A stretch of DNA of 64,000 nt, from positions 2,272,001 through 2,336,000 of the forward strand of contig OZ219856.1 of assembly GCA_964291395.2 (NCBI GenBank), in the 5' to 3' direction. A program made the position numbers and the translations under genes. Shown here piece after piece: positions 31,238 through 40,907 of this stretch (positions are counted from its first letter, which is position 1; the number at the start of each line of letters is the position of its first letter). The notes under the pieces were generated by a model that did not search any database, had not been told where the DNA came from, and worked only from the letters and a program-made list of their open reading frames with translations. This DNA is from Alphaproteobacteria bacterium. GTDB lineage: Bacteria > Pseudomonadota > Alphaproteobacteria > UBA2966.

Positions 31238-32614
31238 ATGAGCTGGGACATCGAAACGGACGTCGCCGTCGTCGGCGGTGGCGGCGCCGGCCTCATGGCA
31301 GCCTCTACCGCGGCGTCGGTGGACGACGGTGTCGACGTGATCCTGCTCGAAAAGGATTCCGACGACCCCTGCACGTCCGTCATCACCAGCAGTTTCATTC
31401 CGGCGGCGGGCACCCGGCTGCAGCGAGCCGCCGGCATCGAGGATTCACCGGAGATCATGGCCGGCGATATCCTCAGAAAGAACGGCCACAAGAGCGATCA
31501 AGACGTGACGCTGGCGTTATGCCGCCGCTCCGCCGAGATGATCCACTGGTTCATCGACGGACTCGGTGTCGACCTCGAGTTCGCGCCCGAGGTCGCGTGG
31601 TTCGGACACACCAACAAGCGAATGCACAGCCATCCGACGCGCATCGGCGTGCCCATCGTCGACCGCATGCGCGAATACTTCACATCGCTCGACAACGCCA
31701 CCTATCACGATAGGACACCCGGAACGGGGTTGGTCGTCGATGACGCGGGTACGGTCCTGGGCGTCACGGCGGAACGAAGCGGCACCGGGATTCGGATCGC
31801 GGCCAGGAAGGTCGTGCTCACCACCGGCGGGTTCAATGCCAACCGAGAGATGCTGGCCCAATACATCCCCGATATGGCCGACGCCCCCAACATCGGCTCG
31901 AAGTCCAACACGGGCGAAGGCATCCTCTGGGGCATGGAAGCCGGGGCCGCGACGGATCGGATGACGGGTTATCAGGGCCGCGACTGTATCTTCGAGGACG
32001 GCACCCGCCTGACGCCCGGCGTCATCAATGAGGGCGGCATCGCCGTCAACAAGACGGGGCGGAGGTTCGTCAACGAGGAGCAGGACTACTCGCAACTCGC
32101 CGCCGTCTATCGGGCTCAGCCGGACGGCTTCGCGATCTTCATCTGGGACGAGCGCATCCAGCGCATGACGGAGAACATGCACGTCATGAAGGAATCCATG
32201 CGCAAGGGCGGCATCGAGGTCTGCGACAGCGTCGCGAAGATCGCCGGACGGTTCGACCTGCCGACCGAGGTTCTCGAAGCCACCGTCGAGTCCTACAACG
32301 ATGGCGTGCGGGCGGGTCGGGACGCCTGGGACAGAAGGAAGCTCGCGGAACCCCTTTCCCCTCCCTACTATGCCTCACGCGTGACGGGCGCCATGGGACA
32401 TACCCAAGGGGGGCTCAAAGTGGATACATCGTGCCGCGTCCTGCGCCCGGACGGATCGACGGTTCCCAACCTGTACGCCGGCGGCAACACGATGGTCGGC
32501 CTTTCCGGCGACACCGCCGGCGGCTATACGTCGGGAAACGGCCTGCTGGTCGCCTATACGTCGGGCATGATCATCGGCCGGGACGCCGTGGCGGCCATCA
32601 AGGCCGGTTTCTGA
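31238..32614 (+). CDS. FAD_binding_2 flavoprotein, copy 2
   Basis: VVGGGGAG, TTGGF, GRRFVNE, HTQGGL, NLYAGG, GYTSGNGL. Confidence 0.88.
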   Translation: MSWDIETDVAVVGGGGAGLMAASTAASVDDGVDVILLEKDSDDPCTSVITSSFIPAAGTRLQRAAGIEDSPEIMAGDILRKNGHKSDQDVTLALCRRSAEMIHWFIDGLGVDLEFAPEVAWFGHTNKRMHSHPTRIGVPIVDRMREYFTSLDNATYHDRTPGTGLVVDDAGTVLGVTAERSGTGIRIAARKVVLTTGGFNANREMLAQYIPDMADAPNIGSKSNTGEGILWGMEAGAATDRMTGYQGRDCIFEDGTRLTPGVINEGGIAVNKTGRRFVNEEQDYSQLAAVYRAQPDGFAIFIWDERIQRMTENMHVMKESMRKGGIEVCDSVAKIAGRFDLPTEVLEATVESYNDGVRAGRDAWDRRKLAEPLSPPYYASRVTGAMGHTQGGLKVDTSCRVLRPDGSTVPNLYAGGNTMVGLSGDTAGGYTSGNGLLVAYTSGMIIGRDAVAAIKAGF

Positions 32615-32628
32615 GAAAGGAAGCTGAA

Positions 32629-33231
32629 ATGGCGGAACGCAAGCGGAACGTCGGAATCGTCGTCTTCGATCAGGTGGAGGTCCTCGACTTCGCAGGACCC
32701 TACGAAGTGTTCTCCGTGACCGGCGAAGTCATCGACCCGGACTCCTTCGATGTCTACATGGTCGCCGAGTCTGCGGACCCCGTCACCGGTCGCAACGGAT
32801 TCACGGTGATTCCGCACCACACGTTCGCCGATTGCCCCGAGCCCGACGTTTTGATCGTTCCAGGCGGACCCGGAACCCGGGTGGAAGAGAAAAGGCCGGA
32901 GATGCTCGACTGGGTGTCCGAGAAAGCCGGGCCCGCCGAACTGGTGCTGTCCGTCTGCACGGGCGCACGGATTCTCGCCAAGGCAGGCCTCCTCGACGGG
33001 CTCGAGGCCACGACCCACTGGGTATCGATCGACGAGCTCAGGGAGATGGCGCCGACGGCCAAGGTCCATGACGACCGTCGGTTCGTCGATAACGGCAAGG
33101 TCGTGACGTCGGCAGGGGTGTCCGCGGGCATCGACATGTCCTTGCATGTCGTCGCCCGCCTCTGCGGCGAGAAAGCGGCCGCCGGGACAGCCCGCTTCAT
33201 GGAGTACGACGGCTACAGGCGCGAAGACTGA
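32629..33231 (+). CDS. DJ-1/PfpI family protein (isocyanide hydratase-like)
   Basis: EVLDFAGPYEV, VPGG, SVCTGA (nucleophilic Cys), ATTHW, TSAGVSAGID. Confidence 0.9.
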   Translation: MAERKRNVGIVVFDQVEVLDFAGPYEVFSVTGEVIDPDSFDVYMVAESADPVTGRNGFTVIPHHTFADCPEPDVLIVPGGPGTRVEEKRPEMLDWVSEKAGPAELVLSVCTGARILAKAGLLDGLEATTHWVSIDELREMAPTAKVHDDRRFVDNGKVVTSAGVSAGIDMSLHVVARLCGEKAAAGTARFMEYDGYRRED

Positions 33232-33354
33232 ACCGGAAGGCAGGCGGAGAAACGCGGTTCGGTTACTCCTTCGTTCCGGGAGGCCCGCACTCCCTGCCTC
33301 CTGCTGGTTCGCCTGGCGCACCGGATCTGCGGGTCCGCGCCCCGGACTTTCTTG

Positions 33355-33933
33355 TCACAGCGGCTTGCCGACCTTGCCATCCAGATATTCCAGCGCCATC
33401 CGCGCCGGCGCGTAGTCCGGGTCGTGCCGCAAGGCCTGCTCGAAGGAGCGCCGCGCCGCGTCCAGGTTCCCCTGCATGAGGAGCACGCGACCGAGATTGA
33501 AATGCGCGAACTGGTAGCAACAGTATCGCTTGGCCGAGATCGCCTTCTCGAGCCACGGAATCGCCTCGTCCGGACGGTCGAGGGCGATCAGGTACACCCC
33601 TATGTCGTTGTAGGGATTGCCGTAGTCCGGATCGAGCGCGATGGCTTTCTTGCACTCGGCAAGAGCTTCTTCGATATGCCCCAGCTTGCTGAGCGACCAA
33701 CCCAGAAAGGTATGCCCCTCGGCCGTCGGCAGAACGGCGATGGACTCGCGGAACATGTCGACCGCGGCCCGGTATCGGCCACCGAGGTGCAGCAGGTAAC
33801 CCTGCTGCCAAAGGACGTAGGCACGCGCCTCGTCGGGAACTTCCGAAGGCTCGCCCGACCGTCCGTGAGCCGCCGGCGCCAGCAGCAGCATCGCCGCGAA
33901 CAGCGCGAATACCCAAGGGCGGGATCGGGCCAT
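33355..33933 (-). CDS. Secreted TPR-repeat protein
   Basis: Signal peptide MARSRPWVFALFAAMLLLAPAAHG; TPRs AEGHTFLGW, GNPYNDIGVYL, AHFNLG. Confidence 0.85.
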   Translation of the reverse strand: MARSRPWVFALFAAMLLLAPAAHGRSGEPSEVPDEARAYVLWQQGYLLHLGGRYRAAVDMFRESIAVLPTAEGHTFLGWSLSKLGHIEEALAECKKAIALDPDYGNPYNDIGVYLIALDRPDEAIPWLEKAISAKRYCCYQFAHFNLGRVLLMQGNLDAARRSFEQALRHDPDYAPARMALEYLDGKVGKPL

Positions 33934-33941
33934 CGATCGAC

Positions 33942-34766
33942 CTACGGCGGATCCCACGCCGGCCCGAGCGCGAAGTCCGCCAGACGGTCGTTCCGCTGTG
34001 TCAGAGACGAAACACGGGTCATTTCTTCCGCGGAAAGCTCGAAATCGAATACGTCGAAATTTTCCCGGCAATGAACCTCGCGTCCCGCCTTGGGAATTGC
34101 GGCCACCTGCCCGTGTTGGATCAGCCAGCGCAATGCGACCTGCGCGGCGGTCTTGCCGTGGCGTTCGGCGATCTCGATCAGGTCGGGGTGCCGCGCGGCT
34201 TTCCCTTTCGCGAGCGGCATGTAGGCGGTGAGCATCATGCCGTAGTCGCGCACCAGCCGGAGGACCCGGTTCTGCGGCAGGAAAGGATGGTATTCGACCT
34301 GGTTGCAGGCGATGTCGGCGCCACAATCCTCCACGGCCTGCTTCATCAAGGCCGTGTTGAAATTGCTGACCCCGATGAGGCGTGCCTTGCCGGCGGCCTT
34401 GATCTCGCCGAAGGCCCTCAAGGTCTCGGTCAGCGGGATGGTCTTGCTCGGCCAGTGGATGAGCAGCAGATCCACGTAGTCGGTATCCAGATTTCGCAGG
34501 CTGTCTTCCGTGCAGCGCTTGACGTCCGCATACGCAAGGTCGTCCGGCCAGATCTTCGTCGTGATGAAAACGTCTTCCCGGCCGACACGGGAATCCCGGA
34601 CGGCGCGACCCACCTCGGTTTCATTGTCATACATGCGGGCCGTGTCGACATGACGGTAGCCGACGTCGAGCGCCATGCGTACCGCCTCGGCGCATTGACG
34701 GCCGCGCAGCGCCCAGGTGCCGAACCCCACCGCGGGAACCCGACCCCCTTTCACGTCAATATGCAT
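33942..34766 (-). CDS. Aldo/keto reductase (DkgB-like)
   Basis: GFGTW, DTARMYDNE, ITTKIW, DLLLIHWP, IGVSNF, IPKA. Confidence 0.93.
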   Translation of the reverse strand: MHIDVKGGRVPAVGFGTWALRGRQCAEAVRMALDVGYRHVDTARMYDNETEVGRAVRDSRVGREDVFITTKIWPDDLAYADVKRCTEDSLRNLDTDYVDLLLIHWPSKTIPLTETLRAFGEIKAAGKARLIGVSNFNTALMKQAVEDCGADIACNQVEYHPFLPQNRVLRLVRDYGMMLTAYMPLAKGKAARHPDLIEIAERHGKTAAQVALRWLIQHGQVAAIPKAGREVHCRENFDVFDFELSAEEMTRVSSLTQRNDRLADFALGPAWDPP

Positions 34767-34829
34767 CGTCGGCGGTTGCCTTCCAGCGGAAAAGAGTGCT
34801 GATACGTCTCCAGCATGATGGAGGATGCC

Positions 34830-35609
34830 ATGACCTTTGCACCACCCCCCCGTTCGGAAAAACCGCGCAGCGCCGGGATCACCGCGATGATCGATTTCGG
34901 TCCCGATGAGATGGGATGGACCGGCGAGAACGGCCTGCGGGACCTCATGGCCTGCGCCGCCCCCTTCATCGACATGGCCAAGATCTACGCCCTCAACGCG
35001 ATCCTCATGCCGGAAGACGCGGTCAAGGCCAACGTCGCCATCTACCGCGACAACGATGTCACGCCCTACACGGGCGGCGTTCTGTTCGAATATGCCTACC
35101 TGAGGGGCGAGGTCGACGACATGCTGGACCATGTCGAGCGTCTCGGCGTTCCTTCGCTCGAGATCTCGGAAAACTATGTAACTCTCGAACCGAATGCCCG
35201 GCACGACTTCATCGCGCGCGCCGCCGGGCGCGGCTTTGCGGTGATCTGGGAATTCGGCCGCAAAAATCCCGAAGAGCCCTTCGATCTGGACGAGGTCGGC
35301 GCGATGGTCCGGGGGGCCATGGATGCAGGCGCCCGTCACGTCATCCTGGAGCAGAGCGAACTCGACGTGCTCGAAGACGTATCGCCGGACGACTTCGCGA
35401 AACTTTCCGGTCAATCCTGGTTTCCCGACGCCCTGATCGAGGGCGATCCGTACCGGTTTCCCCGGCAGCACGGCGAGATCATCAGGCAGTTCGGCCCGGA
35501 AGTGAATTTCGCCAATATCGCGGCGGGTCAGTGCTATCGCCTCGAGGGATTGCGCCGCGGCATCGGCCGCGCCGTCGACTACGCCTTGTTCCGGGACTAC
35601 GGGTTGTGA
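34830..35609 (+). CDS. Phosphosulfolactate synthase (ComA/HSA32) family protein, divergent
   Basis: RSEKPRSAGITAMID, TGGVLFE, LEISEN, EFGRK, FGPEVNFANI, LEGLRRG. Confidence 0.8.
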   Translation: MTFAPPPRSEKPRSAGITAMIDFGPDEMGWTGENGLRDLMACAAPFIDMAKIYALNAILMPEDAVKANVAIYRDNDVTPYTGGVLFEYAYLRGEVDDMLDHVERLGVPSLEISENYVTLEPNARHDFIARAAGRGFAVIWEFGRKNPEEPFDLDEVGAMVRGAMDAGARHVILEQSELDVLEDVSPDDFAKLSGQSWFPDALIEGDPYRFPRQHGEIIRQFGPEVNFANIAAGQCYRLEGLRRGIGRAVDYALFRDYGL

Positions 35610-35618
35610 CCGGGGCGG

Positions 35619-37280
35619 CTACGCCCCATAGGCCTCGCGGGCCTGGGTCTCCGAGACCAACCCTTCCTTCAGGTCGTTTTCGACGGCGGCGCGGTCGCGG
35701 GCGGTCGGATCTCCAAAGCCGCCGCCGCCCGGATATCGCAGGGTCAACCTGTCCCCGGGAGCGAGCGATATCTCCCGGTGCCCGGTAAAGGGCGCGTCGT
35801 CGTTGACGCGAACGTGCCCGTTCGCTCCTGCGCGGCCGCCGAGCAGGCCGGGCGCTCCGGCATCGTAGCGGCCGCCGATGATCGTCCCCGCGATGGGGTG
35901 AACGCCGCCGTTTCGCAGGACGACCTCCTGTCCCAGTCCGCCCCGGAACCGGCCGGGCCCACCGGAGTCCGCCACGAGAAACTTCTCGTCGCACACGAGA
36001 GGAGATTCGATCTCGAGGAGTTCCACCGGCGTATTCGAGAGATTGGCCGGATAAACCGTGGTCGTCGCCCCGTCCCGGTCGTGGCCCGCGCCCTGCCCGC
36101 CGGCGGCGTTGAAATGCTGAACGAACGGCGCCCCGTCATCCATCTTGCCCGCGAATATCGAGAGCCACAGGGGATAGGTTCCGCAAGGCGCGATGACCTT
36201 GTCCGGCAGCTTCCGCGAAAGCGCCACGAAGACGGCTTCGGCGATGTGATAGACGATGTCGGTGCGCCACATGCACGGCGCCGGGTAGACGGCGTTCAGG
36301 ATCGTGCCCTCCGGTGCCGTGACGGTGAACGGCCGGTAGCACCCGACGTTGTTGGGAATGTGCGGGTGCAGCGCGCACTTCACGCCGAACACCACGTACG
36401 CGTACGTGATGTTGTAGACCGCATTGACGGGCAGATCGACCTGCGGGGAGGAGCCGGTGAAATCGGCATGAATGCGGTCGCCGGAAATCTCGAGTTCGAG
36501 ACGGATGCGCAGCGGATTGCCCGAACGGTCCGTGATGCCGAGATCGAGATCGTGGGCGTACACGCCGTCGGGCACTTCGGCGATCGCCGACCGCATGCTC
36601 GTCTCGCTGTGCGCCATGATCTGGGACGACAGTCCGGTCAGCGACTGCAGTCCCCGCTCCCGCATCGTCTCGCCCAGTCGCCGGCCGCCGACGTGATTGC
36701 ACGCCACTTGAGCCCGCAGGTCGCCGACCACCTTGTCCGGCATCCGTACGTTGCGCTCGACGATGTTGAAGAGATCCCGGTTGGGCTCGCCCGCGACGAA
36801 GAGCTTGGAGATCGGGATGATCAGCCCTTCCTCATAGACTTCGCGCGTATCCGGCGAGGCCAGGCGCCCCCCGATGTCCACGTGGTGCGCCGAACTGGCG
36901 GCGAAGCCGATCAGCTGCCCATCCAGGAACGCCGGCGACGCGACGAAAACGTCCGGCGTGTGCCCCGAGCCGAACCAGGGGTCGTTGGTGATCAATACGT
37001 CGCCGGGGGACAGCGAGTCCGCCGGATGCACCTCGAGGAACTGGTGCATCACCCGGGTCATGGCGCCGATCTGGCCGGGCGTGCAGTGCGTCGCCTCGGC
37101 CATCATCTCGCCGTCGGCGTCGTAGACGGCGCAGGCGTAGTCGTGATTGTCCCGCACGACATGGGAAAACGCCGTCTTTTCCAGCGCGACCGCCATTTCG
37201 TCGGCAACGGCGATCAGGCGCGACCACAGCACCTGGAACGTGATCGGATCGATGTTGGGAATGGGTTTTCGAGACGTCAT
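35619..37280 (-). CDS. Hydantoinase B/oxoprolinase subunit
   Basis: TAFSHVVRD, PGDVLITNDPWFGSGHTPD, HHVDIGG, EEGL, SGGPGRFRGG, PGGGGFGDP. Confidence 0.93.
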   Translation of the reverse strand: MTSRKPIPNIDPITFQVLWSRLIAVADEMAVALEKTAFSHVVRDNHDYACAVYDADGEMMAEATHCTPGQIGAMTRVMHQFLEVHPADSLSPGDVLITNDPWFGSGHTPDVFVASPAFLDGQLIGFAASSAHHVDIGGRLASPDTREVYEEGLIIPISKLFVAGEPNRDLFNIVERNVRMPDKVVGDLRAQVACNHVGGRRLGETMRERGLQSLTGLSSQIMAHSETSMRSAIAEVPDGVYAHDLDLGITDRSGNPLRIRLELEISGDRIHADFTGSSPQVDLPVNAVYNITYAYVVFGVKCALHPHIPNNVGCYRPFTVTAPEGTILNAVYPAPCMWRTDIVYHIAEAVFVALSRKLPDKVIAPCGTYPLWLSIFAGKMDDGAPFVQHFNAAGGQGAGHDRDGATTTVYPANLSNTPVELLEIESPLVCDEKFLVADSGGPGRFRGGLGQEVVLRNGGVHPIAGTIIGGRYDAGAPGLLGGRAGANGHVRVNDDAPFTGHREISLAPGDRLTLRYPGGGGFGDPTARDRAAVENDLKEGLVSETQAREAYGA

Positions 37281-37284
37281 GACA

Positions 37285-39363
37285 TCACCTCACCGTCACC
37301 ATGATCCACCCGCCGGCATCCGTCACGGCGCCGGCGCCCGGACCGATGACCAGAGTCGAATCGGGCGCTTCCACGATCGCCGGCCCTTCGAACCCGGCAT
37401 CGGGCCCCAGAAGGTCCAGGCGGTACACGTCATGCTCCACAAACGCAGCCTCCTGCGGCGCATAGGCCGGCCGGGTTCCCGTGCGCGCGGCCCGTGCCTC
37501 CCCCCGCCTGCCCGCGAATTTGAGGTCCAGCGACGGCTGCTCGCTCGCGGCGCTGACGATCACCCGCAGCGTCCTCAGTTGCGGCTCCAGATCGTCGTAG
37601 GCATAGCCGTAACGCGCCCTGTATTCCTCGGCGAAGCGTCCGGCGATGCCGTCGAACGGCACGCGGTCTCCCGGCCCGCCGCCGATGTCGAAACGGATGT
37701 TGGAGCCCTGGCCCCGGTAGCACATGTCGAGCGCGCGGGAACAGACGACCGCCGCGCCTTCCCGTGCCGCCCCGACGACGGCCATGCCCTCCGCTTCCAG
37801 TTCGCGGAACATGTCTTCGAGGACGCCCTCGGTCATCGACTCGAGCGGCGCGACGTGGGTCCGCGACACCTCGTAGGAGATCGGCGCGACGACGAACCCG
37901 AGCGCCGAGAACACGCCGGCGCCGACCGGGACGAGCACGCTCGAGATTCCGAGCTTTCGCGCGACTTCCACGGCGTGCACCGGCCCCGCGCCGCCGAACG
38001 CGACCATCGTCGCGGCGCCGGCGTCGCCGCCGTGTTCCGCGATGTGGTAACGCGCGGCGCCGGCCATGTTCTCGTTGACGACCTCGTGGATTCCCCAGGC
38101 GGCCTGCTCGATCGCGAGGTTGAGCGGTTCGGCGACCGCCCGCCGGATGCCCTCCGCCGCCTCGCGCCGGCGCAACCCCATCTCTCCGCCGAGGAAGAAA
38201 CCGGGGTTGAGGTATCCGAGCACGAGGTCGGCGTCGGTGACGGTCGGCCGGTCTCCGCCCAGTCCGTAGCAGATGGGACCCGGATCGGCGCCGGCGCTCT
38301 GCGGGCCGACCCGCACCAGCGCCATGTCGTCGATCCGGGCGATGCTTCCGCCGCCCGCCCCGATCTCGATGACGTTGACGGTCGGCGCGGCAATGGGCGT
38401 TCCGCTGCCCTTCTTGAACCTGTGGACCCGGTCCACCTCGAACTCGGTCGTGATCGGCAACCGTCCCTGCCGGATATGGCAGGCCTTGGCCGTCGTCCCC
38501 CCCATGTCGAAGGACAGCAGTTCCGGCAGATCGGCGCGCTCGCCGATGTGCGCCGCGGCCAAGGCCCCGCCCACGGGACCCGACTCCACCAGCCGCACCG
38601 GATACCGTCCGGCCGTCTCGGCCGAAATCACGCCGCCCCCGGACAGCATCAGGTAGAGCCCGCGTTCGAACGAACGGTTCTTCAGCCGATCGTCGAGGCG
38701 GCGCAGGTATCGTCCGACCAGGGGCTTGACGAACGCGTTGACCACCGTGGTGCTGGTACGGGGGTACTCCTGGATCTCCGGCAGGACGTCCGACGAGAGC
38801 GACAGCGTCATGTCGGGACAGTGACGGGCGGCGAGATCGGCGAACGCGCGCTCGTTGGCGGGATTTGCATAGGAATGAAGAAAGCACACGGCGAGCGACT
38901 CGATTTGCCGCTCGACGAGGGCGTCGAGCACCCGCCGCCCCTCGTCCGCGTCGAGCGGCTGCGCGACCCTGCCGTCGGCGTATACGCGCTCCGTCACTTC
39001 GAAACACAGGTCCCGCGGCACCAGGGCGACCGGATACCGCGCGGTGATGTCGTAGGTGTCGTAGCGGGCTTCCCGCCGCATCGCCAGGACGTCCCGAAAT
39101 CCCCGGGTGGTCACGAGCGCGGTCCGGGCGCCCGTTCGTTCGATCAGGGCGTTGATGACGAGGGTGGTGCCGTGGATGACGTGCTCGGTCGCGCCGAGAA
39201 AGGCGGGACGCCGCCCGTCGATCGCGGCGATGCCCCGGTCCACCGCCTCGGACGGATCGGACGGCGTGGTGAGGACCTTGGAAAATTCCAGGTCGCCGGT
39301 TTCGCCGTCGAGCAGCACGAAATCGGTAAACGTTCCGCCGATATCACAGCCCAGTCTGAACAT
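37285..39363 (-). CDS. Hydantoinase A/oxoprolinase ATP-binding subunit
   Basis: DIGGTFTD, HGTT, ESGPVGG, DMGGTTAK, GAGGGS, SAGADPGP, FGGAG. Confidence 0.94.
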   Translation of the reverse strand: MFRLGCDIGGTFTDFVLLDGETGDLEFSKVLTTPSDPSEAVDRGIAAIDGRRPAFLGATEHVIHGTTLVINALIERTGARTALVTTRGFRDVLAMRREARYDTYDITARYPVALVPRDLCFEVTERVYADGRVAQPLDADEGRRVLDALVERQIESLAVCFLHSYANPANERAFADLAARHCPDMTLSLSSDVLPEIQEYPRTSTTVVNAFVKPLVGRYLRRLDDRLKNRSFERGLYLMLSGGGVISAETAGRYPVRLVESGPVGGALAAAHIGERADLPELLSFDMGGTTAKACHIRQGRLPITTEFEVDRVHRFKKGSGTPIAAPTVNVIEIGAGGGSIARIDDMALVRVGPQSAGADPGPICYGLGGDRPTVTDADLVLGYLNPGFFLGGEMGLRRREAAEGIRRAVAEPLNLAIEQAAWGIHEVVNENMAGAARYHIAEHGGDAGAATMVAFGGAGPVHAVEVARKLGISSVLVPVGAGVFSALGFVVAPISYEVSRTHVAPLESMTEGVLEDMFRELEAEGMAVVGAAREGAAVVCSRALDMCYRGQGSNIRFDIGGGPGDRVPFDGIAGRFAEEYRARYGYAYDDLEPQLRTLRVIVSAASEQPSLDLKFAGRRGEARAARTGTRPAYAPQEAAFVEHDVYRLDLLGPDAGFEGPAIVEAPDSTLVIGPGAGAVTDAGGWIMVTVR

Positions 39364-39517
39364 CGGTCGCGCCCGATCCTCCCGCGATGCCCTGCCTCGC
39401 CACACCTTCTCGTATTCGCACCGGTCGGTTCAAGCCGTCGCGGACGTGATAAGCTTTCCGGGCAGCCCGGCACGGCCGCGGGCATCAGGCGCTCCAGGAC
39501 AGGAGGGAGGCGGCGTC

Positions 39518-40891
39518 ATGGACGGAACCGGTCAGGTCAGGCCGCCGGAAGGCCGTTTCGACGGGTACGAAACATCATCGCGCCCGCCGGAGGACGCGGT
39601 TCTGACCCGCGTCGGACCCGGCACGCCCTGCGGCGAGTACTGGCGCCGGTTCTGGTTTCCGGTCGCCATGACCCGGGAGGTGACGGACGTGCCCCTGCGG
39701 ATCCGCATCCTGGGCGAGGACCTGGTCCTGTTCCGGGACGGCTCGGGTCGCTACGGCCTGCTCCAGCTGCATTGCAGCCACCGCAACACCTCCCTGGAAT
39801 TCGGCCTCGTCGAGGAGCGCGGGATCAGCTGCTGTTACCACGGCTGGCACTACGACATCGACGGCACGATCCTGGCGACGCCGGGCGACGCGGACAGCGG
39901 GGTCAAGGACCGGGTGCGTCACGGGGCCTATCCGGTCATCGAATACAAGGGCCTGATCTTCGCCTACATGGGACCGCCGGCCGAGATGCCGCGGTTCCCC
40001 GTGTTCGACTCCTTCGAACTTCCCGACGTCGAGATGGCGCCCTACTCGATCGCCATGCCGTGCAACTGGCTCCAGGTGGCCGAGAACACGATGGATCCCA
40101 TGCACGCGGCGTTCCTCCACTCCCGCGAACGGGACATGCATTTCGGTTCGACCTGGGGCGAACTGCCGCTGATCGAGTGGTACGACGGCGACTGGAAGAT
40201 GAACCTGACCATGACACGCAGACTGGGGGACATGATCTGGGTCACCATCCAGGAGACCGTCTATCCGGCCAACAGCACGGTCGGATACCTGTGGGAGGAA
40301 GGGACGGAGGAGAAGTATTTCACGCGTGTCGGTTTCAACAAGTGGACGGTGCCCCATGACGACACGAACTGCATGGTGATCGCCTGGCGCCACTTTGGCG
40401 GCATCGACGTCAGGGGTATGGGCAGGCCGGAGCTGGTCGGCAAACAGTCGGTGGATTTCCCCGGACAAACGGGCGCCGAGCCCTACCACGAGCGGCAGCG
40501 CAACCCCAACGACTTCGAGGCGCAGGTCGGACAGGGTCCCATCTCCGTGCACGCGACGGAGCATCTGGTCGCCCACGACCGGGGAGTGGCGTTGTTGCGC
40601 AGGCACATCCGGGAGGGGATCGAGGCGGTGCGGCGGGGCGAGAGCGTTCCCCGCCCGCCGCAGGACGGGTCGCCGCTGTCGTGCTACGCCCAGAACACGG
40701 TGCTGCCGGTCGCGGCCCGGAAAGGCCCGCACGACGACCGGCTGCTGCGGGACGTGGCCAGGGCGGTGTTCGATACGGTGGCCTCGGGCGACGGCCGGAC
40801 CGAACCGGAGCGCACCGAATACATCCGGAATTCGCTGAAGCAACTCCCGAGCGATCCGCGATTCCTGCCGGCGGACACCGCCGCCGAATGA
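39518..40891 (+). CDS. Rieske non-heme iron oxygenase alpha subunit (paralog of 6290..7672)
   Basis: CSHRN...CCYHGW; NWLQVAENTMDPMHAAFLH. Confidence 0.92.
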   Translation: MDGTGQVRPPEGRFDGYETSSRPPEDAVLTRVGPGTPCGEYWRRFWFPVAMTREVTDVPLRIRILGEDLVLFRDGSGRYGLLQLHCSHRNTSLEFGLVEERGISCCYHGWHYDIDGTILATPGDADSGVKDRVRHGAYPVIEYKGLIFAYMGPPAEMPRFPVFDSFELPDVEMAPYSIAMPCNWLQVAENTMDPMHAAFLHSRERDMHFGSTWGELPLIEWYDGDWKMNLTMTRRLGDMIWVTIQETVYPANSTVGYLWEEGTEEKYFTRVGFNKWTVPHDDTNCMVIAWRHFGGIDVRGMGRPELVGKQSVDFPGQTGAEPYHERQRNPNDFEAQVGQGPISVHATEHLVAHDRGVALLRRHIREGIEAVRRGESVPRPPQDGSPLSCYAQNTVLPVAARKGPHDDRLLRDVARAVFDTVASGDGRTEPERTEYIRNSLKQLPSDPRFLPADTAAE

Positions 40892-40907
40892 CTCTCGGAG
40901 AGACGGC

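Noticed and set aside
11235-35609. Archaeal or methanogen origin suggested by F420 genes plus ComA
   Set aside because: Fused fbiC is the bacterial type, the flanking core genes (dprA, topA, rnr, slt, icmF) are bacterial, and composition is uniform by eye.
37147-40359. 1070-aa ORF, the longest in the track
   Set aside because: Antisense to hydantoinase A and off-frame over the Rieske gene; Arg/Pro-rich with no motifs.
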